Assembly (NCBI GenBank): GCA_042570305.1
Contig: JBHPGP010000005.1
Location: 1 to 61,177, forward strand
Origin: Candidatus Omnitrophota bacterium
Lineage (GTDB): Bacteria; Omnitrophota; Gorgyraeia; Gygaellales; JAHJCI01
DNA: 61,177 nt
Direction of reading: 5' to 3'
In this document: piece by piece, positions 8,471-18,342 of the stretch
How the letters are laid out: each line of letters opens with the position of its first letter
How positions within the stretch are numbered: position 1 is the first letter of the stretch
Position numbers and translations under genes: made by a program
Notes under the pieces: generated by a model
Seen by the model: only the letters and a program-made list of their open reading frames with translations
Databases searched by the model: none
What the model was told of the DNA's origin: nothing

Positions 8471-9822
8471 AAAAGGCGGTTGGCGGCAGGTTGTATTTCT
8501 CCGGAACGCCCCAGTTGGAAATACAGGGCGTGTGCATAGATTCGCGCAGGATGAAAAACAATCGGCTTTTTGTTGCCATAAAAGGAAATCGCTTCAACGG
8601 GCATGATTTTATCCAAGCAGCGATACGCAAGGGGGCAAAGGCGGTAATCGGTTCTATGCCCTCGCCCAAGTGTGTAAACCGTGCAAAGACCGCTTATATC
8701 AGGGTTGCTGATACGCGACGTGCGCTTGCGGATCTGGCAAGATTCCACCGTAAGAGGTTTGATATTCCGGTTATTGCGGTTACCGGAAGTAACGGCAAGA
8801 CAACCACCAAGGATATGCTGGCCTGGATTTTATCCAGCCGTAGCAAAGTCCTGGTTAACCCCGGCACGCAGAATAACGATATCGGAGTTCCCCTGGCCTT
8901 ATTGCAATTGAACTCTTCCCACGAGGTTGCTGTAATGGAATTGGGAACTAACCATTTCGGAGAGATTGCCTATCTGGCAGATATCGTCCGGCCCAATTTC
9001 GGAATTATTACCAATATCGGTCCGGCACATTTAGAGCATTTTGGTAATCTATCCGGGGTATACGAAGAAAAGACAAGCCTGTTAAGGAGTCTGCGGGCTC
9101 CCGGGATAGCTATCCTGAACGCAGATGAGCCAATGCTGGCAAGATTAAGAAAGAGCCGCAGGTCATTTGTCGTAACCTATGGCATAAACAATGTATCGGA
9201 CTTTCGCGCCAGGGCAGTAAAACAAGCTACAAGAGGAGGCATAGAGTTTATTGTAAATTCAGATTATCGGCAGAGGATTAGATTGAATACGCCAGGCCGG
9301 GCGAACGTTTACAATGCGCTGGCTGCGATTGCCGTCGTGCGCATGCTGGGCTGGGGCTGGCAGCCCATCAGGAGCCGTCTTGCACAGTTTAGCTTTCCTG
9401 CGGGAAGGATGAAGTTGATCAGGCGAAAAGAGGTATTTTTTATAGATGATACTTATAATTCCAATCCCGCTTCTTTATGCGAGGCGCTCAGGGTTTTGCG
9501 GGAATCCAGGGTGCAGGGCAGGAAGATCTTTATAATGGGTGATATGCTGGAATTGGGCAGTTCAGCCGAAAGATTCCATCGCAATGCCGGCATTCAAATA
9601 GCGCAAACCTGTGATGCCTTTATCGGAGTGGGCAGGCTTGCTCAGATTGCCGCTGATTGGGCAGTAAGGCTTGGTTTGAGCAGGGAGTGTGTTTATAGCT
9701 GCCGGGATTCGCGTCGGGCAGGTGATTTGCTTTTTAAGAGGATTAAGCCGCAATGCCGCGATTTAGTTTTAGTCAAAGGCTCGCGTCTAATGAAGATGGA
9801 AGAGGTTTTTAAAACGCAATAA
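8449..9822 (+). CDS. murF: UDP-N-acetylmuramoyl-tripeptide--D-alanyl-D-alanine ligase
   Basis: Contains 'AVTGSNGKTTTKDML' and 'DDTYNSNP'. Follows murE with a 22-nt overlap. Confidence 0.93.
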   Translation: MFGIEEIKKAVGGRLYFSGTPQLEIQGVCIDSRRMKNNRLFVAIKGNRFNGHDFIQAAIRKGAKAVIGSMPSPKCVNRAKTAYIRVADTRRALADLARFHRKRFDIPVIAVTGSNGKTTTKDMLAWILSSRSKVLVNPGTQNNDIGVPLALLQLNSSHEVAVMELGTNHFGEIAYLADIVRPNFGIITNIGPAHLEHFGNLSGVYEEKTSLLRSLRAPGIAILNADEPMLARLRKSRRSFVVTYGINNVSDFRARAVKQATRGGIEFIVNSDYRQRIRLNTPGRANVYNALAAIAVVRMLGWGWQPIRSRLAQFSFPAGRMKLIRRKEVFFIDDTYNSNPASLCEALRVLRESRVQGRKIFIMGDMLELGSSAERFHRNAGIQIAQTCDAFIGVGRLAQIAADWAVRLGLSRECVYSCRDSRRAGDLLFKRIKPQCRDLVLVKGSRLMKMEEVFKTQ

Positions 9823-9828
9823 GCTAAT

Positions 9829-10917
9829 ATGCTCTATCATTTATTATATCCCCTAAGAGATATATTTTTCGGCTTTAACATATTCCGTTATATTACCTTC
9901 CGTGCTGCGATGGCTGCCTTTACCGCTTTCCTGATCAGCCTGGTATTTTTCCCCGTACTGATCCGCAGATTAAAACTGGCAAGAATCGGAGAAAATATAA
10001 GAAAAGAGGCAAGCGAACAATTTTATAACCTGCATCAGGCAAAGCAGGGAACGCCTACCATGGGCGGGATACTGATTCTGGCAGCAATTCTGATTTCTAA
10101 TCTTCTCTGGGCGGATATCACCAATCGCTATATCCTGATTTGTCTTTTTGTGCTGCTTTGGCTGGGAATAACCGGTTTTATTGACGATTATATTAAACAG
10201 ACCAAGAAACAGTCTAAGGGCCTGGAGATCAGGGCAAAACTTATCAGCCAGATTAGCCTCGGGCTGTTAATAGGCATATTCTTGTATTTAAGCCCCGAAT
10301 TTTCTACTGACCTGGACGTGCCTTTCCTGAAACAGATGCACCTCGGACTCGGGATATTCTATATTCTTTTTGTGTTGTTGGTAATCTGCGGTTCTTCTAA
10401 CGCCGTAAACCTGACAGACGGCCTAGATGGGCTGGCTATCGGTATTGTGATTATGGTAGCCTTAAGCTTCAGCGTCTTAAGCTACATCTCCGGACACATG
10501 AATTTCAGCCAGTACCTACTGATTCCCTATCTTGAGGGTAGCGGAGAATTGACTATTTTTTGCGCAAGTATTTTTGGCGCTGGTCTTGGATTTCTCTGGT
10601 TTAATTGTTACCCCGCGTCTATATTCATGGGAGATGTAGGCTCTCTGCCTTTAGGCGGGGTCCTGGGAACAGTTGCAATACTGATAAAGAAGGAGCTACT
10701 CTTAGCGATTGTCGGGGGGATATTTGTTATCGAGGCAATATCGGTAATCCTGCAGATAGGTTCTTTCCGCTTGCGCAAAAAACGCATTTTCAAGATTGCT
10801 CCGCTGCATCATCATTTGCAGTTCGTCGGCTGGCAGGAGTCCAAAGTAATTGTACGCTTCTGGATAATTGCCGCGTTTTTGGCCCTGATGGCGTTGATTA
10901 CCCTGAAGGTAAGATAA
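9829..10917 (+). CDS. mraY: phospho-N-acetylmuramoyl-pentapeptide transferase
   Basis: Polytopic membrane protein with 'GTPTMGG', 'NAVNLTDGLDGLA' and 'MGDVGSLPLGG' motifs. Confidence 0.97.
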   Translation: MLYHLLYPLRDIFFGFNIFRYITFRAAMAAFTAFLISLVFFPVLIRRLKLARIGENIRKEASEQFYNLHQAKQGTPTMGGILILAAILISNLLWADITNRYILICLFVLLWLGITGFIDDYIKQTKKQSKGLEIRAKLISQISLGLLIGIFLYLSPEFSTDLDVPFLKQMHLGLGIFYILFVLLVICGSSNAVNLTDGLDGLAIGIVIMVALSFSVLSYISGHMNFSQYLLIPYLEGSGELTIFCASIFGAGLGFLWFNCYPASIFMGDVGSLPLGGVLGTVAILIKKELLLAIVGGIFVIEAISVILQIGSFRLRKKRIFKIAPLHHHLQFVGWQESKVIVRFWIIAAFLALMALITLKVR

Positions 10918-10925
10918 GTGGGGCA

Positions 10926-12194
10926 ATGGTTAACCAGGAATATTTCAAAAATAAGAATGTTACCGTAATCGGTTTGGCACGGAGCGGCTTTGCCTGCGCA
11001 CAACTTCTATATAACCTGGGAGCCCTGGTCAGCGTTAGCGATAAAAAAAGGGATTCCCAGACTCTAGGTTTTTCGGCCCAATTGCCTGATTCGATCAAAC
11101 AGGAACTGGGCAGGCATACACGAGGGTTTATCAGGGGCAGGGATTTAATTGTCGTAAGCCCCGGGGTAGACGCTGACAGCAAACCTCTTATCTGGGCAAA
11201 AGAGTGCGGCGTACCGGTAATCAGCGAAATTGAATGCGCCGGGATTCTTTGTCCGGCGCAGATAATTGCAATTACCGGAACCAATGGCAAGACTACTACC
11301 ACTATTTTAGCCGGACGTGTTTTAGAGGCAGCGGGTAAGAAGGTGTTTGTCCTGGGCAATATCGGGACCCCCTTTTCCTCGCAAGTCCACCAGATGCAGG
11401 CGGGAGATTTCGTTTCCCTGGAAGTGAGCTCTTTCCAATTGGAAACGATCAGGAGCTTTAAGCCTAAGATTGCAGCAATCTTAAACCTTACCCCGGACCA
11501 TTTAGACAGATACCGGGATTTATCCGAATACCTCTCTGCAAAGGCTCGCATATTTATGAACCAGGATGAATCAGACTATCTGCTCTTAAACCGCGAAGAC
11601 CCTGTGCTCAGGACCCTGGCTTCTAAAGCAAAATCCAGGGTCGTTTATTTTGACAGCAGCATTGAGGCAAACCTTAACTTTTCCGCCGTGAAAACAATTG
11701 CGAATATTCTGGGTATAGAGAAGCATCTCTGTGATGAGGTTTTGCAAAGCTTCCAAGGCCTGCCGCACCGCTTGGAAAAGGTAGCGCAATTAAAAAACAG
11801 AGAATTCGTCAACGATTCCAAGGCTACCAACCCGGAGGCCACTGCCTTTGCCCTGAAGAATATCGCAGGGCCAGTTATCCTGATTGCCGGAGGCAAAGAT
11901 AAGGGGTTTGATTTCTCTAATTTCACAGATTTGATTACAAGCAGGGTAAGGTCTTTGATTGTCCTGGGGCAGGCAAAGGATAAAATCAGAGAGGTTTTTA
12001 ATAAAAAAATTCCGGTTAGCGAAGCCCCTGATTTAAAGTCAGCGGTTGAATCTGCCTTTAGTCAATCGCAGGAAGGCGATTGCATTCTTCTTTCTCCGAT
12101 GTGCGCAAGTTTCGATATGTTCGAGAATTACGAACACAGGGGCGAGGTGTTCAGGCAGGCAGTCAGGGAATTGTCCGCAAAATGCGACAGATAA
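10926..12194 (+). CDS. murD: UDP-N-acetylmuramoylalanine--D-glutamate ligase
   Basis: Contains 'VTVIGLARSG' (Rossmann fold) and 'AITGTNGKTTT'. I start it at ATG 10926. The track ORF start (10605) would overlap mraY out of frame. Confidence 0.93.
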   Translation: MVNQEYFKNKNVTVIGLARSGFACAQLLYNLGALVSVSDKKRDSQTLGFSAQLPDSIKQELGRHTRGFIRGRDLIVVSPGVDADSKPLIWAKECGVPVISEIECAGILCPAQIIAITGTNGKTTTTILAGRVLEAAGKKVFVLGNIGTPFSSQVHQMQAGDFVSLEVSSFQLETIRSFKPKIAAILNLTPDHLDRYRDLSEYLSAKARIFMNQDESDYLLLNREDPVLRTLASKAKSRVVYFDSSIEANLNFSAVKTIANILGIEKHLCDEVLQSFQGLPHRLEKVAQLKNREFVNDSKATNPEATAFALKNIAGPVILIAGGKDKGFDFSNFTDLITSRVRSLIVLGQAKDKIREVFNKKIPVSEAPDLKSAVESAFSQSQEGDCILLSPMCASFDMFENYEHRGEVFRQAVRELSAKCDR

Positions 12195-13273
12195 GAATCA
12201 ATATCCTGGTGATTACGGTTATCTTGATCTGTATAGGGCTGGTAATGATTTACAGCGCATCGAGCATTTACGCACAGGAGAAATTTGACAGCGGTATGTT
12301 TTTCCTGAAAAAACACCTGTTTTTTTTATTTATCGGGAGTCTGTTTTTCGTCTTTACCCTGTTTATTGACTATAAAATAATTAAGAAATTTGCCAAGCCG
12401 CTGTTACTGCTTACCCTGTTTTTGCTTGTACTGGTGCTGATTCCTGGTATAGGGCATTCTGCCGGAGGCGCGCAGCGCTGGTTCAGGCTCGGCAGGTTTA
12501 GTTTTCAGCCCGCACAGATGGCAAATATAGTCTTAATCGTCTATGTGGCTGATTTTATCCGGCGCAAACAAAATTTAATGGGAAATTTTATTCAGGGTTT
12601 CCTGCCGGTAATGTTAATCCTCAGTTTAACCTGCGGGATGATCGTAATCCAGCCGGATTTAGGAACTGCCTTAGCGATATTCATTGTGGCTGCGCTGCTG
12701 CTTTATATCGGCGGCACGCCGGTTTCGTATCTAGTGTATACTTTACTTGCTTCGCTCCCCTTGCTTTATATAATGATATTCAGCGTTCCTTACCGGAGAA
12801 TGCGCATACTGGCTTTTTTGAATCCCTGGGCAGACCCGCAGGGTAGCGGATTCCAAATTATCCAATCGCAGATTGCCCTGGGTTCCGGAGGTTTTTTTGG
12901 GCTGGGATTGGGAGTGAGCCGCCAAAAACTCTTTTTCCTGCCAGCAGCGCATACTGATTTTATCTTTTCCATTATCGGTGAGGAATTAGGGTTTTTTGGC
13001 ATAGCGGGAGTGATTATCCTGTTTGTGCTTCTTTTAATCTGCGGCTTAAAGGCGATTAAAAATTGCCCCGATCCCTTTGGTTATTATTTGGGCCTGGGGC
13101 TGATTCTTTCCGTGCTGCTAAGAGCCTTTATTAACATTGCGGTGGTTTGCGGAATATTGCCCACTAAGGGCCTACCGCTTCCCTTTATCAGTTACGGCGG
13201 CACTGCCTTGATTTTTGACATGCTCAGCATAGCTCTGGTTTTGAATATCTCCAGAAGCTCAGAGGTATTATGA
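12182..13273 (+). CDS. ftsW: SEDS peptidoglycan glycosyltransferase FtsW
   Basis: SEDS-family polytopic protein (QPDLGTALAIF, HTDFIFSIIGEELGFFG, PFISYGGTA). The dcw position between murD and murG supports the FtsW call. I start it at ATG 12182, a 13-nt overlap with murD. Confidence 0.9.
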   Translation: MRQIRINILVITVILICIGLVMIYSASSIYAQEKFDSGMFFLKKHLFFLFIGSLFFVFTLFIDYKIIKKFAKPLLLLTLFLLVLVLIPGIGHSAGGAQRWFRLGRFSFQPAQMANIVLIVYVADFIRRKQNLMGNFIQGFLPVMLILSLTCGMIVIQPDLGTALAIFIVAALLLYIGGTPVSYLVYTLLASLPLLYIMIFSVPYRRMRILAFLNPWADPQGSGFQIIQSQIALGSGGFFGLGLGVSRQKLFFLPAAHTDFIFSIIGEELGFFGIAGVIILFVLLLICGLKAIKNCPDPFGYYLGLGLILSVLLRAFINIAVVCGILPTKGLPLPFISYGGTALIFDMLSIALVLNISRSSEVL

Positions 13274-14352
13274 AAATAATCATCGCCTGCGGCGGCACGG
13301 GAGGCCATATCTTTCCGGGAGTCAGTTTATATCGCTCTTTAACAAAGATACAGGCAGGCGCCGATATACTCCTGGCATTAGATAAAAGGGAGGCCTCGGA
13401 TTCAATCGTTGGCGATGAGTTCAGGCGTGTTTACCTTGCGCTTACTCCGTTGAGATTTAAATTAGATTTACAGAGCGTAGTAGTTGTATTAAAATTATTC
13501 AAGGGAGTTTTCCAGAGTCTCAGGGTTATTATTGCGATCAGGCCGGATGTCGTTGTCGGCTTTGGGGGATACGCAAGCTTTTTTCTTGTATTCTTTGCCC
13601 GGGTTTTTAGAATTAAGACAATAATTCATGAACAGAATGTTATGCCAGGACGCGCCAACCGCATACTTGCCTATATCTCGGACAAGGTGGCAGTCGGCTT
13701 TTCCGGAACAAAGGATTATTTCGGAGTTAATTCTTCCAAGGTGGCCTTAACCGGAAATCCCTTAAGGCAGGATTTAATCCAGCTGAATAAGGCCGCGGCT
13801 TGTGATTTCTTGGGCTTATCTTCCGGAAAATTTACCATTCTGGTAATGGGGGGCAGTCAGGGGGCACATAAAATAAACAGCGTATTTTTTCAGGCAGTCA
13901 GTTTGCTGGAACGCAAATCAGAGTTTCAGGTTATCCATCTCTGCGGAGAGAAAGATTATTTATGGCTTAAGAACGGCTATGGGGATGCAGGCATAAGCGC
14001 AAGGGCCTTTTCATTTTTTGGCGCAATGGAAAATGCTTACTCGGCAGCTGATATGGTTATTTCCCGCGCGGGAGCAGTCACAATCAGCGAGGTTGCCAGT
14101 TTCGGCCTGCCGCTTATCCTCATACCTTATCTCTATGCGCACGGGCACCAGATACAAAACGCCGCTTATGTCGCAAAGAACAATGCGGCAATCCTGATTG
14201 AGGAAAAGGACCTTTACCCGGAATTCCTGAGGGATAAAGTCCTGGAATTATTTCATCGCCCCGAGCTGCGGGAGTCAATGGGTAGGAATATATCAAGGCT
14301 TCATCGGCCGGGGGCCAGCGAGTCTTTGGCAGGTTTGGTGTTAAATGATTAA
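13270..14352 (+). CDS. murG: UDP-N-acetylglucosamine--N-acetylmuramyl-(pentapeptide) pyrophosphoryl-undecaprenol GlcNAc transferase
   Basis: Contains 'GGTGGHIFP' and 'GGSQGA'. Overlaps the ftsW stop (ATGA). Confidence 0.93.
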   Translation: MKIIIACGGTGGHIFPGVSLYRSLTKIQAGADILLALDKREASDSIVGDEFRRVYLALTPLRFKLDLQSVVVVLKLFKGVFQSLRVIIAIRPDVVVGFGGYASFFLVFFARVFRIKTIIHEQNVMPGRANRILAYISDKVAVGFSGTKDYFGVNSSKVALTGNPLRQDLIQLNKAAACDFLGLSSGKFTILVMGGSQGAHKINSVFFQAVSLLERKSEFQVIHLCGEKDYLWLKNGYGDAGISARAFSFFGAMENAYSAADMVISRAGAVTISEVASFGLPLILIPYLYAHGHQIQNAAYVAKNNAAILIEEKDLYPEFLRDKVLELFHRPELRESMGRNISRLHRPGASESLAGLVLND

Positions 14353-15751
14353 ACATATCCATCTAATCGGCATCGGCGGTATCGGTATGAGCGCAATCGC
14401 CCAGCTGTTACTGAAGCAAGGCTGGAAAGTAAGCGGTTGCGATTTAAAACAGAACGAGCTGACCGCGCAGCTTAAAAGTTTAGGTATTCGCGTATGGATA
14501 GGGCATGATGCCGGGCATTTAGAGCAGGTTGATACGGTTGCCTATTCTTCTGCGGTAGGCGAAAGCAATCCCGAAATTCAGGAGGCGAAGCGAAGGGGAA
14601 TGCGCTTGATGAAGCGCGCCGAAATACTTAGCCTGCTTATGCAGGATAAAACCGTAATTACTGTAACCGGTATGCACGGAAAAACCACAACCGCTTCCCT
14701 TGCATCCTATCTTTTATCTGAGGCAAGGTTGTTCCCCACTGCTGCGGTAGGGGGTATCTTGATGAACCTGGGAGGCAATGCCTTGACAGGAGAGGGCAGG
14801 TATTTTGTAGCAGAGGCAGACGAATCCGACGGTTCTTTTTTATGCTATCATCCGGATTACTCGCTGATTACCAATATCGATTACGAGCACATGGATTATT
14901 ACCGAGATTTTAGCGCAATTCAGACAGCATTCCGCACTTTTATAGAGCAGACAAAACCGGGGGGTATTTTATTCTGTTGGCAGGATGATCCTTACCTGCG
15001 GGGTATATTAAAAGGCTACAGGCAAAAGGTTGTTTATTTCGGGTTGGGGTTAACAGCCGATGTTTCTGCAAGCAATATCAGGCTGCAGGGATTGACTTCT
15101 GAATTTGATTGCCTCCGGAAGCAAAAATTTTTCGGGCATTTCAAGCTTTGCCTAGGAGGCAATCATAATATTCTCAATGCACTTGCGGTTATTGCTTTGG
15201 CAGCGGAGTTGGAGATAGATGCAGAGACTATCAAGGCAGCACTTTTTAATTATAAAGGCACTAGAAGAAGACTGGAGGAAAAATTCCGCTCTGCGGAGGT
15301 TTTAGTTTTAGACGACTACGGGCATCATCCTGCCGAGATAAAGGCAACACTGGAAGCGGTGAAGCTGCTTAATCCCAGGCGCTTGCTGGTTATATTCCAG
15401 CCCCACCGTTATACACGCACAAAATTTCTCCTGGATGACTTTGCCGGATGTTTTACTCTGGCCGATTACGTGGTGATCACGGATATTTATCCTGCAGGGG
15501 AAACTGAAATCCCCGGGGTGAGCGGTTATTCTATATATGAGAGGCTTATTCCGCAAAAGCACCAACAGGCTAAATTCCTGGCTAAAGATGATATTCTGGA
15601 TTTTACCCTGAGTATTTTAAAGCCGCAAGACATAGTCCTGTTTTTGGGAGCGGGAGATATTACCAAAATAAGCGATGAATTGGCAAAAGTGCTTAAAGAT
15701 AAGGGGAACCTTAAAGGCAGACGAGCATCTAGCAAGGCATACCAGCTTTAA
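14345..15751 (+). CDS. murC: UDP-N-acetylmuramate--L-alanine ligase
   Basis: Contains 'IHLIGIGGIGMSAIAQLL', 'VTGMHGKTTT' and 'DDYGHHPAEI'. Confidence 0.93.
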   Translation: MIKHIHLIGIGGIGMSAIAQLLLKQGWKVSGCDLKQNELTAQLKSLGIRVWIGHDAGHLEQVDTVAYSSAVGESNPEIQEAKRRGMRLMKRAEILSLLMQDKTVITVTGMHGKTTTASLASYLLSEARLFPTAAVGGILMNLGGNALTGEGRYFVAEADESDGSFLCYHPDYSLITNIDYEHMDYYRDFSAIQTAFRTFIEQTKPGGILFCWQDDPYLRGILKGYRQKVVYFGLGLTADVSASNIRLQGLTSEFDCLRKQKFFGHFKLCLGGNHNILNALAVIALAAELEIDAETIKAALFNYKGTRRRLEEKFRSAEVLVLDDYGHHPAEIKATLEAVKLLNPRRLLVIFQPHRYTRTKFLLDDFAGCFTLADYVVITDIYPAGETEIPGVSGYSIYERLIPQKHQQAKFLAKDDILDFTLSILKPQDIVLFLGAGDITKISDELAKVLKDKGNLKGRRASSKAYQL

Positions 15752-16556
15752 GATCGGCGGGCATGCTCAATTGTGGGCTGAGCCGGCAAGAGCTCCTGAC
15801 TTGCAAAATCTGGTAAACTTTGCCCGTACGAAAAAACTGCCTCTCAGGATTATCGGAGCAGGAAGCAATATATTGATTGCAGATAAAAAACTAAAGGGAA
15901 TAGTGGTGAAGTTAAATTCCCCTTATTTTAAGAAAATTACGATTAGACGGCGCCTGGTTAGCGCGGGGGCAGGCGCAAGCCTCTCTAGGCTGGTGAGGCG
16001 TACCCAGCAGGCTGGTCTTTCCGGATTTGAATTGCTGGCAGGCATTCCTGGCACAGTGGGGGGAGCCTTAATCATGAATTCCGGCAATATCGGGGACAGG
16101 TTGATAGATGTGACCGTTATGGATAGGTACGGCAGGATTAAAGCGCTGCTTAAGAAAGATACACGTTTTATTTACCGCGATTCCAATCTCAAGCGCTATA
16201 TTATCCTCAATGTCAGTTTTAAACTTAAGAAAAAAAATAAAATGGCAATCGCCAAATTTATCAAAAATTATTTAGATTATCGCTGGGAGGTTCAGGATTA
16301 CAGATATCCTTCTGCCGGTTGTTTTTTTAAAAACCCTGGTTCGAAATCAGCCGCTTATTTTATTGAACGCGCAGGCCTGAAGGGCTGCTCGTTTAGAGAC
16401 GCGGCAGTATCTCTAAAGCATGCCAATTTCATTATCAATAAAGGCAAGGCAAGCTCAAGCGATGTTTTGAAATTAGCCGAATACATAACCAGAAGGGTGA
16501 GGAAGAAATTTAATTTAAATTTAAAACCGGAAGTAAAGATATGGAAACAGATTTAA
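15675..16556 (+). CDS. murB: UDP-N-acetylenolpyruvoylglucosamine reductase
   Basis: Contains 'LARHTSFKIGGHA', 'GAGSNIL' and 'AGCFFKNP'. ATG 15675 gives a normal N-terminal length of about 22 aa before the HTSFKIGG motif, but implies a 77-nt overlap with murC. Confidence 0.88.
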   Translation: MNWQKCLKIRGTLKADEHLARHTSFKIGGHAQLWAEPARAPDLQNLVNFARTKKLPLRIIGAGSNILIADKKLKGIVVKLNSPYFKKITIRRRLVSAGAGASLSRLVRRTQQAGLSGFELLAGIPGTVGGALIMNSGNIGDRLIDVTVMDRYGRIKALLKKDTRFIYRDSNLKRYIILNVSFKLKKKNKMAIAKFIKNYLDYRWEVQDYRYPSAGCFFKNPGSKSAAYFIERAGLKGCSFRDAAVSLKHANFIINKGKASSSDVLKLAEYITRRVRKKFNLNLKPEVKIWKQI

Positions 16557-17497
16557 GCAGTTTCGGCAGGATCGGGGTTTTAATGGGCGGCCCCTCCAGC
16601 GAGCGCGAGATCAGCCTTGCTTCGGGCAAAGCCGTATACGAATCTTTGAAATCTCTGACTCCGGATATAGTGGCTCTTGACATACTCACTGACAGTCGGC
16701 AGGAGAACCTCCGGCTTATTCAACAGTCCGGCATAGATATCGCCTTCATTGCCCTTCACGGGCGTTTTGGCGAAGACGGTCAGGTTCAAGCCCTGCTGGA
16801 AGAGATGAATATTCCTTATAGCGGCTCTGACCCTGCTGCCTCGCGCCTGGCAATGGATAAGATTGCCTCCCGCCGTATTTTTCAAGAACAGGGATTGCCT
16901 GTTCCAGATTATGTCAGTCTTTGCGCAAGAGATGATTTAAGGTTTGCCTTTGAGATTAGCGGACATTTATCTCCTCCATTGGTAGTCAAGCCCTGTCGTC
17001 AGGGCTCAAGCATCGGATTGTCTATTATAGAAGGACAGGAAGAGCTGAAGTCCGCAATCGAGTATGCCGTGGGTTTCGATGAAGAAATTATTATCGAAGA
17101 ATATATACCAGGAAAAGAAATTACCGTGGGCATACTGGGGGATTCACCGCTGCCGGTAGTCGAGATTATACCGAAAAAAAGATTTTATGATTATGAAGCA
17201 AAATATAAGGCAGGTCAAAGCAATTACGCGGTACCGGCTGATTTACCGGTTCAGGTGACGTCCCGGGTCCAGGATGTCGCTCACTGCGCGCATAAGTTTT
17301 TAGGTTGTTGGGGGTTTTCCCGCGTGGATATGAGGCTTAATCCCGATAATAAGCCCTTTGTTTTAGAGGTTAATTCCATACCCGGCCTGACCATGACCAG
17401 CCTCCTGCCCAAGGCAGCAAAGGCGGCGGGCATGGATTTTGTTAACCTATGCGTGTTTATTCTACGTTTAGCCTATGAGCGCTCAGCCAAGGAATAA
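16541..17497 (+). CDS. ddl: D-alanine--D-alanine ligase
   Basis: ATP-grasp Ddl pattern: 'IGVLMGGPSSEREISLASG', 'FIALHGRFGEDGQVQ', 'EVNSIPGLT'. Confidence 0.93.
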   Translation: METDLSSFGRIGVLMGGPSSEREISLASGKAVYESLKSLTPDIVALDILTDSRQENLRLIQQSGIDIAFIALHGRFGEDGQVQALLEEMNIPYSGSDPAASRLAMDKIASRRIFQEQGLPVPDYVSLCARDDLRFAFEISGHLSPPLVVKPCRQGSSIGLSIIEGQEELKSAIEYAVGFDEEIIIEEYIPGKEITVGILGDSPLPVVEIIPKKRFYDYEAKYKAGQSNYAVPADLPVQVTSRVQDVAHCAHKFLGCWGFSRVDMRLNPDNKPFVLEVNSIPGLTMTSLLPKAAKAAGMDFVNLCVFILRLAYERSAKE

Positions 17498-18224
17498 GAT
17501 AAAGAAAAGAAAACTACGGATTCCAGGCAAGATAATTTCAATCGTGCTTTTGTGTTCGGCCTGCGTTCTTTTTATTTTGTTTCTCTGCGTACGCTATTTA
17601 ACCACCTCAGACTATTTCAAAATTAAGGATTCCCCCTATTTTAGCGGGCAGAATATATTTAAAGTAATATTCAAAGGCAACCTGCAGAAAGAAGCCAAGA
17701 GGCTGCACCGCATGTATCCAGATTATAAGAGGATAATCTTAAAGGCGTTCTTGCCCGATAGGATTGCGGTTGATTTTCAAAAGCGCCGGGCAGTCGCCAG
17801 GCTTGAGCTGGCCAACGCTGATTTTTATCTTGATGAAGAAGGGGAATTATTCAGCATGAGCAGTCAGGAAAACGGCGATCTGCAATTGCCGTTAATCACG
17901 GGTCTTCAGTCCAGGATATTTAATCCGCGTTCGGGGGTAAAATACAACGAAGGCTCGCTGATGGCTATTCTGGGATTTATCAACAATTTTAATAAGGATT
18001 CCGAGTTGTCAGAAAAAGTCGCAATAAAAAGGATTGATTTGGAGAACGCCAATGATGTTTTTTTATTTACCGCAGCCGGCTGTAAGATAAATCTGGGAAT
18101 CGTTGATTTTGCAAATAAGCGCTTATCGGTATTAGAGAAGCTGGTCAGTGAAATAGATTCTGGTTTAGAAAAAATAGAATATATTGATTTACGGTTCAGG
18201 GAGCCTGTAATCAAGTATAAGTGA
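17475..18224 (+). CDS. ftsQ: cell division protein FtsQ (POTRA domain)
   Basis: 249 aa with an N-terminal basic region plus TM segment (IISIVLLCSACVLFILFLCV), then a periplasmic POTRA-like region. Position between ddl and ftsA supports the call. Confidence 0.75.
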   Translation: MSAQPRNKIKKRKLRIPGKIISIVLLCSACVLFILFLCVRYLTTSDYFKIKDSPYFSGQNIFKVIFKGNLQKEAKRLHRMYPDYKRIILKAFLPDRIAVDFQKRRAVARLELANADFYLDEEGELFSMSSQENGDLQLPLITGLQSRIFNPRSGVKYNEGSLMAILGFINNFNKDSELSEKVAIKRIDLENANDVFLFTAAGCKINLGIVDFANKRLSVLEKLVSEIDSGLEKIEYIDLRFREPVIKYK

Positions 18225-18337
18225 GGACATAACTACCCCAACAGCAAAACACTTCGAAAATTTATAACTAAATTTTCTTGTTGCTGTCGGGGCCAATTCG
18301 CCCAGACAACTTGCTGAATCTAAGTTGTGGGCTCATT
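18221..18337 (+). repeat. modular hairpin repeat, copy A (short form)
   Basis: Shares three modules with 47633-47787: a 14/14 left module (GTGAGGACATAACT), a 57-nt central hairpin (18236-18292) and a 45-nt right module (37/45 identical). It starts inside the ftsQ stop codon and ends 5 nt before the ftsA ATG. Confidence 0.8.
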
Positions 18338-18342
18338 GAGCA

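Noticed and set aside
10605-10925. 5' extensions of track ORFs: murD from 10605, rsmH from 3787, ftsW from 12080, the coiled-coil protein from 27653, rpmB from 46675 and argC from 47777.
   Set aside because: The extensions overlap the preceding gene out of frame or run through promoter hexamers or the repeat element. Their translations are non-conserved. Internal ATGs give N-termini that match the protein families.
15675-15751. A 77-nt murC/murB overlap as a possible frameshift or fusion remnant.
   Set aside because: Both frames are intact with normal family-length termini. The MurB N-terminus is the usual length from ATG 15675. The non-conserved MurC tail simply runs on, and there is no evidence of a disrupted gene.
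18221-18337. The possibility that the two repeat copies represent a CRISPR array, a tRNA or another known small RNA gene.
   Set aside because: There are only two copies, 29 kb apart and not in tandem. There are no spacers. I found no cloverleaf or conserved T-loop/anticodon architecture, and no cas genes.
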